In this document: positions 28,001 through 39,355 of the stretch, piece after piece
Layout: the number at the start of each line of letters is the position of its first letter
Position numbering within the stretch: the first letter of the stretch is position 1
Assembly: GCA_001244265.2 (NCBI GenBank)
Contig: CDLV01000008.1
Location: 1,364,001 to 1,428,000, forward strand
Direction of reading: 5' to 3'
Length of the DNA: 64,000 nt
DNA from: Microbotryum violaceum
Taxonomy: Eukaryota
Translations under genes and position numbers: made by a program
The notes under the pieces: generated by a model
The model's input: only the letters and a program-made list of their open reading frames with translations
Databases searched by the model: none
Told to the model about the DNA's origin: nothing

Positions 28001-28269
28001 CACACCTAGCGGTCGGTTGCCCGTTTGCCCGCCGCCTCTGGTCTGCGCTCACTCCTTTCCCACACCTCGACTTTGTTCAGTTCGTGTGCCCGATCGTTTC
28101 TCGCTCGGAACGCCGACTCGTCGAGCTGTGTCTACTCTTCTTCCACGCGATCCGGAAGCTCTCTCGTCACCGCCGATTTTCGTCGGATCTTCTGGGGCCG
28201 ATCGCCGAAACGGCATTCGAGGAGCTCCGCGCGTCCATCCAGGAGTCCAAACGACTGGTTTCGCTGTAA
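25023..28269 (+). pseudogene. LINE family D: acidic ORF1 tail and degenerate ORF2 (frameshifts, N-terminal RT region deleted near 26490); 3' boundary of the element uncertain
   Basis: ANVQSIN, LSET, IYAP, RRLDRIY, GVRQGDPLAPSLF, LFADD, FRYLG, CVMC...HLAVGC. Confidence 0.88.
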
Positions 28270-28512
28270 TCACCTAAGGTTTTTCTTAGTGGGTATGGTT
28301 GATTTTGTTCCAAGGTCAACGAGTCCTACACTACTGGCCTAGCCAGTGTGCTTGACTGCATTCCCTCCGTCTTTTCCGAGGATTTTTAGGCATTGATATA
28401 GAGATGCTGTCAATGAAATCTAAAAAAGGAGAGGGAGCTACTATAGAATGACGCTGGGCCGAAAGGGTTCTTCATCTTGTGCGAGGGCCGGCCTCGCGGG
28501 TGAAACAAAATG

Positions 28513-29776
28513 GAGAAAAGGACAAAAATGCCCTCAAAAGATAGCGAAAGGACGAAAATGCCCTCGCTTCTTTTCATGAGGACAGAAATGCCGTTCTCTA
28601 AAGGACCAAAATGCCCTCGGATTCTCGACTTCTGTAATGCTTGATATATCAGCTCATAACCAAGAGGGTAGCTTCTTGGAGTCGTTGTGATCACCGCCGT
28701 ATACTCAGGATCCCCAGAGATGCCGTGAGAATTCATATATCACGGTCGCAAAGCCAGGGGTCCTCATCGATCGTCAACGCGTCGAGGCGCGCGAGTTCGC
28801 GAATCGACGTTGGCCACCCTGCGCATTCTCGCCCCGGCATCGAAGTCACCACCGGCTTTCGACAATGGAACATTCTCTCAGAAAGGGGGAAAGTCTCTAC
28901 GAAAAGAAGGAGCTCACAGATGCGGGCCATCAATATGCGCTTGATCACCAGTTTCAGCTCGACATTCGCAAGTCTGACACGCGTCGTGAGCAAGAGTGTC
29001 CAAGATCCTCCGTGCGCCTTCTCTGCCACTGCTCTCTACACAGGAGAATGCAGTGTGTGGACCATCATTGTCTTCAATGAAGCCCACAGTTACCGATCGC
29101 TGCTACACACCGGCGACAGCAAGAGCAGACTTACGCGACATCGCTCCAACCTGTTCCATCTCGGGCCGAATGAAAGCTGCATCGTCTTCCTCGTGAGCGT
29201 CATGAGGTCGCGGTGAAAAGGGACAATAGTGACTCAACTGGAGAAGAAGAGGGTGTCATTATCGTTCCGTCACATCTCTCCAAGCGTACACGACGTCCGA
29301 TCAAGCGCAGGATCCGGAGTGCGGACGAGAGGTCCAAGCGTGACATGATCTGTGGCCTCTGCAAGAGGCCCGGACACAATCGAGCTACGTGCGATAGATA
29401 AAACCATTTGAATATGAGCATCAGGCGTTAAAAGTGTCAATGTGACTACAAGTTGAAGGCATGCTGGTCTGTATCATATGGGAATTCACTGCGGTCTATA
29501 CTCATCGCTCGCTTTCGACTCGGACGGGCCCTGACTTTGCGACCGTGATATATGAATTCTCACGGCATCTCTGAGGATCCTGAGTATACGGCGCTGATCA
29601 CAACGACTACAAGAAACTACCCTCTTGGTTATGAGCTGATATATCAAGTATTACAGAAGTCGAGAATCCCAGGGCATTTTGGTCCTTTAGAGAACGGCAT
29701 TTCTGTCCTCATGAAAAAGAAGTGAGAGCATTTTCGTCCTTTCGCTATTTTTCGAGGGCATTTTTGTCCTTTTCTC
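28513..29776. mobile_element. Non-autonomous Mutator-like (MULE) DNA transposon
   Basis: TIRs of about 247 bp (28513-28759 and 29529-29776) starting GAGAAAAGGACAAAAATGCCC; degenerate 9-bp TSD (AACAAAATG vs AACAAAAAA); internal remnant KRRIRS...CGLCKRPGHNRATC typical of MULE transposase C-termini. Confidence 0.85.
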
Positions 29777-29971
29777 AACAAAAAAATAGGACAAGCTCGG
29801 GTTTGAAACCTCAGCCTCTAGGGGTCGATGAACATGCGAGTTTGAAGCGTAATCAGGGTGCCAGCACGACAAATGGGCTAACCGAGGTAGGGGGGCGGAA
29901 GCGCTCCACAACCGGACTTGAATGCGAGAGCGGAAAGACACCTTTGGACAGGCCAACGTGGGCAAAAAAAA

Positions 29972-30053
29972 CGATCACGAAGGGGATCGAACCCTCGATC
30001 TTCCCCTTGTCATGAAGTAGGAGGGGGACGCCGTACCGCTTGGCCACGCAACC
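29972..30053 (-). tRNA. tRNA-Arg(CCU) with an intron of about 10 nt
   Basis: GGTTGCG/CGTGATC acceptor stem, A box TGGCCAAGCGG, TCCCC/GGGGA anticodon stem with loop CT-CCT-A, intron after position 37, B box GGTTCGATCC, T8 terminator directly downstream. Confidence 0.87.
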
Positions 30054-30160
30054 GGTCTTTTCAATATGGAAACGAACATATTCAACATTACAACAGACTG
30101 GCCAATCCCATGCCTCTCATACAAAAAAAAATCATACAAAAAAAAAAAAAAAAAAAAATC

Positions 30161-30186
30161 CACACACACACACACACACACACACA
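30161..30186 (+). repeat. (CA)13 microsatellite at the 5' end of full-length B
   Basis: Direct reading. Confidence 0.9.
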
Positions 30187-30261
30187 AAGTGTGTACCGTC
30201 GTGTAGTGTGTACAGTCGCCCACCAACCGCTTCAAGAGCTACAGGACGTCGACAAGAAGTG

Positions 30262-31955
30262 ATGCCGGATCCGCCCGGCCCACCCCCGCACCCGCCCAAC
30301 GCTCCGTGGGCTGGTGACGTGTTGAGAGATGAATCACTCAACACGGAAACCCGTGAGACGGTCACTGGAGGAACCGTTAATCCTCCAGCCTGGTCTGCCC
30401 AGGCTTCTCAGGCTCGATTGGACCATGAGAAGTCGATGCAGAAGGCTTTCAAAGCCCTTGGCATCGTACCATCCTCCAAGTCGACCCGCCGGCTGATGGT
30501 ACTGTTGCATGACCCTTCCAGCCCGCCTTCGCAGGCGCTGGCTCTCGCACGAGCTGCTCAAAGGGCGGTACGAAACGACGCGATGCCGGCCTCCAACGTG
30601 ATCCGAGTCATCATGGATGGTACTGGGTCCCCAAGAGGCCCTGTACAGATTGCGCTGCGTAAGCACTTTGGGCTGGCCGAGACGCCATTCATGTTCGCGC
30701 GGCCCGAGGGCGCCGAGCTTGACCCCGAGGTCGAGAAGCTCTTCTCGAAATGTGTGAAGCTGAACCCGATCGTGACGAAGGCAACGAAGAGGTTCCCGAT
30801 TGCTCGTCATATGTACGAGCTCGTGTTCGAATCCGACCAGGCCTGTCTCGAAGCCGCTGCAGCGGGTCCATTCCCCTATCACGGAAAAGAGATGGTCACC
30901 GAGCTCCCGAGTGTTTCCCCCCTAAACCACATCGTCCAGGTGCGATTCACCTTACCCTCCTCTTCCAGCGCGATTCCCGCTTCCGTGCTCCGAAAATCTC
31001 TCGACGCTGCTCTCACTTCCTCCTTCGGCCACGCTGGTTGCATGCAAGGGTATACCCTCATGCAATTACAGCGGGGCCTCGCGGTCGATCCGAACGGTGA
31101 CCCGATGGCCATGACCGAAGACGGGTTCCACTGCGCGTACCTTCGCTTACATGCTGATCTTTTCCAAGGCTCCACCGAGACGCAGAAGGCTGCGCTCAAC
31201 GCCGCCTTGCCACAAGAGATCGAGATCCTGGGCGCCAAGTACGGCTTGCGACACGAATTTAAGACGCACTACTGCGCCGTGTGCGATCGCGCCGGACACC
31301 AGTGGGGGGCTTGCAGGAAGCCGGTTTCGACTCCGGCCACCGCCGCCCCTGTTCCGGGGCCTCGACTTCGACTTCGACTTCGACCACCGGCTTCCGAGTT
31401 GCCGGAAAGAATGGGAAGCACGGTGGGCCTGCCGCATTGAACTCTCGTGCCTCTGGCACGAACATGATCCAGCTGGGACCTCGTGCTAACCCCGCAGGTG
31501 CAGCGACCGGCAACAAGGACGATGCGAACGACGGCGACGGTGACGACGACGACGACGACGGCGAATCGGTCGCTTCGACCGAACCGGAGGGCGGCGACAC
31601 TGGGAAAGAGATGTTGACCCGTGCGACCACGGGCCCAACAAAGGAGACGCAGACGACGACAGCGGCGCCCGTTTCGACCCCGACCTCTCCTTCGCCTTCT
31701 ACTTCTGCTCCGGCATCGCCTTTGTCCGGTGGCACGTCGGAATCATCGGCAACCGCGACGACCTCGATAGCCTCGACGAGTCCTCGACGCCTTCGTTCGA
31801 GCTCGGCACCCGGCAACCGACGTGTCACCCGGGCGGGATCCGCCATGATCCACGGTGCATCAGGGGGTGACGACTCAGGGGGCAACAGTTCAGGGGGTCA
31901 CAGGTCCGAGATGACCGAATTCGAGGGGGGCGGCGCTGATCCAATTTATTCATGA
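30262..31955 (+). CDS. Family B ORF1 (one frameshift near 31350-31440)
   Basis: MPDPPGPPP start (compare C ORF1 [11 protein letters not shown]), knuckle CAVCDRAGHQWGAC, ATGA overlap with ORF2. Confidence 0.8.
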
Positions 31956-34900
31956 TTGAGTCCCTCACCGTGTTGACGTTCAACGTCCGATCGATCAAGA
32001 ACGCAGTCAACCAAGTCAAAATCATCCGCTATCTCAAAACCCTTCGGCCGGCCCCTGCGGCCATTCTCCTGCAAGAGCACCACCTCAGCTACAACGCGTT
32101 GCGCGACGGCTTCGAGAGTGCTTGGCCAGGAGCTTGTATTCGTTTCGCACCTCATGTCCTTACCCTTATACCCGATGGCTCACCTCTGGCGGGCCGCCTC
32201 CTCTCCTCTACCCCGGTCGTGTTTGCAGAAGCCCCTCAATTCGACGGTCGGATCCTGCGCTCGGTGTTTCGTCTTGAGGAGCTCGATATCGAGATCATCA
32301 ACATGTATGCGCCGGTCAAGGGGGAAGAACGTCGCGACTTCTACGGGCTCCTGCACTTCACCGCTCCGGGGCCCAAGACTCTTCGGATCTTGGCCGGCGA
32401 TCTCAATGATTGTCCGGATGTATCGGTCGACCGAGTGGCCATCACCGATGGCGCTTGGACTCCTGTATCGCACTGGCAGACCTTGCTGTCAAAGATCGCA
32501 TTCAACCCACTCGACACGATCCGACAACTCCATCCCATCACCCCGGCATTCACTCGCCCTCACTACCTTGGTAGGGGGACAAACGAGAAATCTGCTCGTG
32601 GTCGCGGATCGATTATATCCTTGTCCAGCGCAGTTGGGCAAACCGGTTGTTGAGCGCTTCCACACTTTTCGATGCGCCCTGCTCGGACCACAGACCTGTA
32701 GTTGCGACTTTCGCATTGCCTACATCGAACGCTGATGCCGAACCCCCCTTTCTCTTCCCTCTACGAGCGATTTCATTTCGAGGCTCAACCCAACGGTCTT
32801 TGACGATCAAGACTTTGTCGCATCGATTCCCGGGGTCGTCGACGAGGTCTATCGAAGGCTCGAGGGGACCGCTCCGCTCGGCGACGTCTATGACGCCGCT
32901 CTGCGGGCGGTTGCAGTCGCTGGCCATGCACGATACCGCTCGACTCGTGCCGACATGCGCCGACTGCGGGCCGAGAACCAATCCGTCATGGAGGCGCTGG
33001 AGGCACGCGGTGAGCATATGAATGAGGCCGAGCGCGATGCGTATGCTCTCGCCAAGTCGCAGTTGGATCAGTTGGCGGTAAAGGAGGCTCAGTGGCTGCG
33101 CATTCGTGCGCATGTGCCGTCAGTCGACTCGAGGGAAGGTCAATCGGCAAGCATTCGCACGCGTCTCAACCGCCGGAGTCGCCAGACGAGCATCGTCTCG
33201 CTGGAGGATGTGGATGGCACCGAGACCGTTGACATGCAGGAGGCGCTGGGTATTGCTTCACGGCACGCACAGTCGCTCTTCACGCCGGACCCAGCTCGTG
33301 GCGACCCGACGAACCCACGTCGGTCCCTGCTCGACCCTATTCGCGCGGCGAAATGCTACGATGACGACCGCTCGGACCCTACGTTCGGTCGTCGGCTGCC
33401 CCTTCAAGCCAGAGTGGCGCTTGACGAGCCCTTCAACCTTTCCGAGGTCGAAGCGGCGTTGAAGAAGACGGATTCGGGCGATCACCGGGGCCTTCGGGCA
33501 TTCCGTATGAGCTTTTCAAGGCGCTGCCGACCTACTTCGCTCCCAAGCTGTTGGACTTGTTCAACTCGATTTGGGAGGGGGTAAAATGACGGCGTCCTTG
33601 GCAGATGGGCTGGTGCGGCTTTTGCCCAAGAACAAACCGGGGGCCAATCTGAAATCACTGGGGGCATATCGACCGATCACACTGCGCGAGACAACCTACA
33701 AGGTCCTCAGCAAGGTCTTGGTGGCGCGACTCAATGGGGTGCTCGGCGAGCTTTTGCCGCCGGCGCAACACGGGTTCATGCCATCAAGACGTTCAGCAGA
33801 CGCGGGAAGTCATCTCACTCTCCTTCTCGAAAAACTCAAGTCGCTAGGCACTGAAGTTTTCCCCGAGGGCGCCCTCTTGTCCTTGGATCAGCAGAGCGCG
33901 TACGATCGGGTCGATCACGCATGGATCTTCGACGTCTTCGAGGCCTTTGGCTTTGGTGAGCGTTTCATTTCCCTGCTGCGCGCTCTGTACGATCCCGAGA
34001 CTCTGGGGTGCGCTACCTCATCAATGGGTTCCCCACGGAGTTGGTGCGGTTGCTGTGTGGTCTCGGTCAGGGGGATCCCCTCTCGTGCCCGGTTTGGAAC
34101 ATCACGTTCCAGCCCTTCCTCGACGCCCTCGTTCGGCGCGGGATCGCGCTCGACCTGCAGAAGGTGTGGCCAGGGGGGCCGCGTGCGCAGCTTACGCATC
34201 TGGCGTTTGCCGACGATGCTGTGGTGGTAGTGGAGTCACCGGCGGCATTGTCGAAGCTGGAAACGCTGTCGCAGACGTGGTACGAGGCAACCAACGGGAA
34301 GACCAACACGGACAAGACGCTGGTGCTACCACTCGGACCGAACTGGCTTCGGGACGAGACTGCGCAGGCGCTGCCAACGGTGCAGGAGGGGGAGAGCTTC
34401 AAGTGGTGCGGCTATGCCTTCTTTCGCCACGGTGACTCGAAACTGTTTTGGACCCATGTTCTTGACAGGATCAAGGCCAAGACCCGCGCCGCTGGAGACC
34501 GGACACTTTCGCCGAGTGGGAAGGTCTTCTATGCCAACGCTCACATCATCTCGACGGTCCTCCACGTGCTGTCCTTCGACATACCGCCTCAATGGTTCAT
34601 TAAGGCGGCGGAGACAGCACTTACGGATTTTGTTTGGGGAGGAGCAGCGCGAAATACCGTCGCTCGCGATTTCGTGTTCCAGGCTCGGGAGGACGGTGGC
34701 TTGGGCTTGATTTCAATCGGCGACATCGTTCATTCGGTGGCGCTTCGATTTTGGGATGCTCTGGCGGGCTCGAACGAGGCGATCTGGGCGCCCCTAGCTC
34801 GCGAGAGCTGGAGGTCCCTCGTCGCTGCGACCCGCGATTTCAGTCCGTGGGGGTTCTTCAGCAGCACGGCTCGGGTCGAGAAGCTGTATCGCGACTCGAC

Positions 34901-35947
34901 GCGCTGGGGGCAGTCGTTGCAGCTGCCAGGGTCACAGTTCCAACCATCAAGTCCGAACTCCTTACGCTCCCCGAATTGCTCTCGCTTCCGCCTCGCCTCC
35001 CTTCACTCTATGCTGAAGGTGCCAAGCACGCATATGACGATGCGGACGCAGTGGCGAAGTTTGCGCAGATCGCGGACCTGTACTGGAGGGACGAAGGGAA
35101 GGGCTGGGCTCTGGTTGGTCATCGACGCGGGTTCTGGCAGCACTCTAAGGAACCCGCCCTACAGCACGAGCACGTGTGGTCGCGCGTGGGTCAGTTGCTC
35201 AAGGCGAAAGCCTTGCTGCCCAAGACCGCGTTGCGACCTGCTCGGATACCTCTCAAGGAGGCTCCCCGTCCTCGGTGCTTCAACTTCTTTGGGCTCACCC
35301 GACCGTTCACTATTCGCAAGCTTCGTCGGCTTGTGAACGTGGTTCGGTTCCCAGGGAGGGAGGATCGTGTCAAGCGTTTCCGTGATGGGTCTTCTCAGAG
35401 CGATAGGAAGCGCTTCTGGAGATGGCTTCATGACCGGTTCGCGTCTACTGTGGAGCAGGACACCCACTGGCGGCTCATGTACGACGTGACGCCGACGCGC
35501 AAGAGGTAGCATACTCAGGGTCATGCCTCTTCGCCGACGTGTCTGTTCTGCGGCAACGATGCAGCGGTCATCGAGACGGTGTCGCACTACTTCTTCGAGT
35601 GCGCGTACTCGACCAGCTTCTGGGGTGGGGTGCTTCGCATTCTGTTCGACAAGCTGGGCATCGAGGATACCGACGTCGATCCGTCGACGTTCACTCCGGA
35701 GCAGCTGACTATGGGGCTCCCCCTTTTGCGGGGTCGTGGGAGAACGACCTCGAGATGGATGTGGGTTCGGCTGGCCTGCGCGATCGGCTTCCAGCGGCTG
35801 CACCTGCTCCGCTGGCGCGTTCATCAGCGGTTCGAGCTGGACAAGGTCGTGGCCCCTCCCTCGCTCCCCAGTGCACTCAGAGCGCTCGAGCGAGATTTTC
35901 TCTCTCGAGCGGGTTTTGTACCTGGGGCTCGAGATTGGGAGGTGTGA
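31952..35947 (+). pseudogene. Family B ORF2 with several frameshifts and a TAG at 35507-35509
   Basis: Collinear with 6984-14405. Confidence 0.9.
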
Positions 35948-36927
35948 TGACCGAGTTAAGTCCTTCCTTCCCATTTTCCTCCCCTCCTTTCCTCCCTTCT
36001 TTTTCGGAGGTCGACTCCTCTTTTAGAAGCTGACTGTCTTGGAACTTGTTGCGCAGTGGAAGGCTGCGCACCTCTCTCTCTCTCTCTCTCCACTTTGCGC
36101 AGTAGCGGTTTTTTGTTCTTGGATGGATCGGCAAGCCAGGTCGATTGTCTTTGCGTTGGAGGCTTTGTGAAGTTTTTCCCTCTCCTTTCCCCCCTTTTTT
36201 CCCTTCCCTTCCTCTTCTCGTTCCTGTTGCTCGGTTGTTGACTACGCTTCAGCCACTTCTCCTTTTACTCCTAAGCCGTGTGTTGGATTCCGTTGAATGG
36301 TTCGTTCGTTCGCGTTGGTCAAGATCTACGGCATGGCTCGGGAAGGAAGGTCGCTCGTTTCTGGTCAATATCCTCGCGTCAAGGCGAGGCTCGTTTCGTT
36401 GTACTGGATCGCTTTTCTCTCGGCCCCGACGGCTCAACAGCCAGCACTCGAGATTCAGCCAAGGGAGGACATCAGGCGCTGTCGGGGTGACGAGTAGCTG
36501 GGGCTTGGCTGCGGCCTGTTAGTCCCTGGGGACCTCTACCTCCGGCTTCGACCCCCTACCTTGGCCCCTCGGGTGTGTTCCCCTCCTCTCTGTCTTAGTA
36601 TTCCTGGTTCTCCGTATCCCCAGTCGTGACTTTCTGTATACTCTCCCCCTTCTTTCTCTAGGCGCTCTTGCCTGGTTTTCGAGTATCTTTGCTCCCGCTC
36701 TTGGGACGTGAAGCGGCAGCAGTACTCACCGCCCGTTGGAGTCCGCGTTAGGTGCTCGGCGAGTTTTGATCTGCGCAGCGCTCTTTGCGCGCAGGGGTTT
36801 GACTTTCACCCAACTGCTTGCCGTCGTTGCTTTATAACCTCCTTTAGCTCTTTTTGTAGCGGTCCCAGCCAACCCGAAGGATTGCAATTTATGAGCCCCA
36901 GTCAAAAAAAAAAAAAAAAACCACCTC

Positions 36928-37022
36928 TACTTCACTTTACTTCACTTCACTTCACTTCACTTCACTTCACTTCACTTCACTTCACTTCACTTCACTTCAC
37001 TTCACTTCACTTCACTTCACTT
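36928..37022 (+). repeat. (CACTT)n pentanucleotide array, about 19 units
   Basis: Direct reading. Confidence 0.95.
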
Positions 37023-37079
37023 CGAAATCGCCCTACCGCAGTCTTCGATACTCGAGTTAACAAGTGATACACCGACAAG

Positions 37080-39355
37080 ATGTCTACAGGAGACCCTGGG
37101 TCCCCACCGCCGGCACCGCCACCACCGGTGTCCGCCACCAGCGTCCAGCCACCCCGCGACCAGATCCCGATAAGCTCGAAGAAGACGCAAGCCACGGGCC
37201 CCGCCACCGCCGCACCCAACTATGCCGCCGCTGCGAGTCAGGCGACTCAGTCACCTGAACAACAGCAACAACAACAACAGCGTGCCAAGGCTCTGGGCAG
37301 CCTCCTACAAGCCATGGGTGCTGTACCCGGAAACCGCATGGATCGTTGGGTCCAGGCCATCTACTTCGCCGAACTCTACCCCGTCGCCACCGCCACATCG
37401 CTGAAATTCTCGGCCTTGACGCGAACCGGTCTGTCGAGAACATCTTTGATTACGCCCTTGAAGTGACTCTGTCTCACCAGAGCGCCTCGCGAGCGTCTCA
37501 TGCCGACAAGACCGATCTCGTGGCCTGCGTCACGAGGCTGTTATCGCCGATCTCTCCTATCTGCTTTGAGCCTGGAGTTCCTCTGCCGGACCACCTTGCA
37601 GCCTATCGACCACAGATCCTAGGCGTACAACATTCATCAATCCTGCGTAATGGGGCGGCTCACCATCGCGTTACGGTTGGGTTCGTCACCGGCGAGGCAC
37701 GTGACGCTGCGCTTACGACGCCCCCTGCTCTCACTTGGCGATCGGCGAAGGCCCGCTTCGCGAAATCTCACAGGTTCCACCATAACATGGTCGAGCTTCA
37801 AATCAACGTCGGTGTTCAAGGAGTGCCTTCCATGGATGCCATCATCAAATCGTTCCAATTACTAGTGCAGGACTTGTCAGGCAAGGGACATTCGTGCCAA
37901 CTTGTGCAGGTTCTGCGCATTATCAGCGTGGACAACGCCTCGGCCTTTGCCCACGTTGCCGGAGACTACTCAGCTTTCCTACACTTCGATGACGACTCCC
38001 TGTTCAAACGCCCTAACACGACCTTGAAAGAGATCCTACCTTCGAGAATCGGCCTTCCCACTCGAGGCATCCCGGTCACCGCCCTTCGCCATGACTATGA
38101 GAAGGAGGCGGCTTGCGGTAGGTGCCACTTCGTTGGTCACGTGGGAACCTGCGGACTGGATCAGGAGAGCAAGCGAAAGGAGGCTCACAACGGCAACGGC
38201 AACGGCAACACCAACGCCAACAAGAACACCATCACCAACGACACCAACATTGCGGAGGCCGAGGCCCCCATTCCTGTGCCGGTTGTTAACAGGATCGCAT
38301 CACAGAATCGCTTCGCCGGGCTCGAGGTTGAGGAGGGACAGGAGGAAGCGGTAACTGGCCAGAGCGGACAGGGGCCAGAGGAATCGGGGGAGGAGGACGC
38401 TGGTGATAAGGCGGATGACGAGGACTCGGAGGACTCGGAGATGGAATCAGAGGCGACCGTGAAAACGGAGGCCATCATACTTAAGAGCGAGGACGAGTCG
38501 GTTTTAGAGGACTGCGGAGGATCCGATGGAGAGTTGATTGATGAGGATGAGGTGATGGCGGATGGAAGGGGCGAAACAGAAGGCAAGGTGGCGACGGAGA
38601 TGGAGGAAAGGGAGGTGGCGACGGAGATGGAGGAAGAGGAGGTGGCGACGGAGGTGGACGATGTGGACGAGGCAGGGGGAGCGACGAAAGCGGAGAACGC
38701 GGAAGCGACGGACTTAGGGGAGACGAACAGGCTGGGCAATGACGACGACAGCGACGCAACAGCAATCGCCGCCACCGCTTCCCGCGAATCGACACCCCAC
38801 GAACCAACCCCACCTTTGTCACCCGAAACTCTTGCCAAGTCGCTTCGCGAGGGGGAGGAGTGGGACAGGATCAGAGCTAACTGGGTTGAGCAGGCACGAC
38901 TCGAGCGGGACCAAAGCATCGAGAGGAGGCTCGACGCTGAAACCCCTTTGGTGCGTCACAACTTTGCCACGTGGGATGAGGACGGTGAGATACGTTCCAT
39001 CAATATCAGGGGGACCGCTTCGAAGTTCAAAAAGCCGGTAATGAAGAGGTCGCAGACTGCGGCGGACCTCAGTGACCCGAGTGACGAACCGACCGACGCC
39101 AAGCGAGTGATCATCAAAGGGAAGAGCCGCGTCGTTGTCAAGGATGGAACAGAGGGGCGGAGGGTGACGAGGTCGATGTCAGCGGCGGCGGCGATGCCGG
39201 TTGGCGTGACGAAAATGGACCGAGGGAAAGCAAAGGGGGTAGCCGAGGAGAAAAGATGGTCCGACCACGAGCCCGAGGACGATGTCCTGCCCGCCCTCCC
39301 CCTCTTTGAGGACGTCACCACCGCCAAGAGCGCTTCGACCTCAACTACCCATTAA
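37080..39355 (+). CDS. Family C ORF1 (one frameshift near 37350-37460)
   Basis: Knuckle [13 protein letters not shown]; long acidic tail with VATE(MEE) repeats at 38586-38655; TAATG overlap with ORF2. Confidence 0.82.

Larger units (their letters stand above)
30159..36920 (+). mobile_element. LINE family B, apparently full-length copy 3
   Basis: (CA)n 5' end, short 5' UTR, ORF1, ORF2, 3' UTR of about 950 bp, CCCCAGTC plus A17. Confidence 0.93.

Noticed and set aside
29787-29830. Possible second tRNA or SINE remnant next to a T-run on the minus strand
   Set aside because: Only a weak T-arm resemblance; no cloverleaf could be built
36928-37022. (CACTT)n as a telomeric repeat
   Set aside because: Internal position at an element 5' end, not a G-rich fungal telomere unit; no TTAGGG arrays seen in the window
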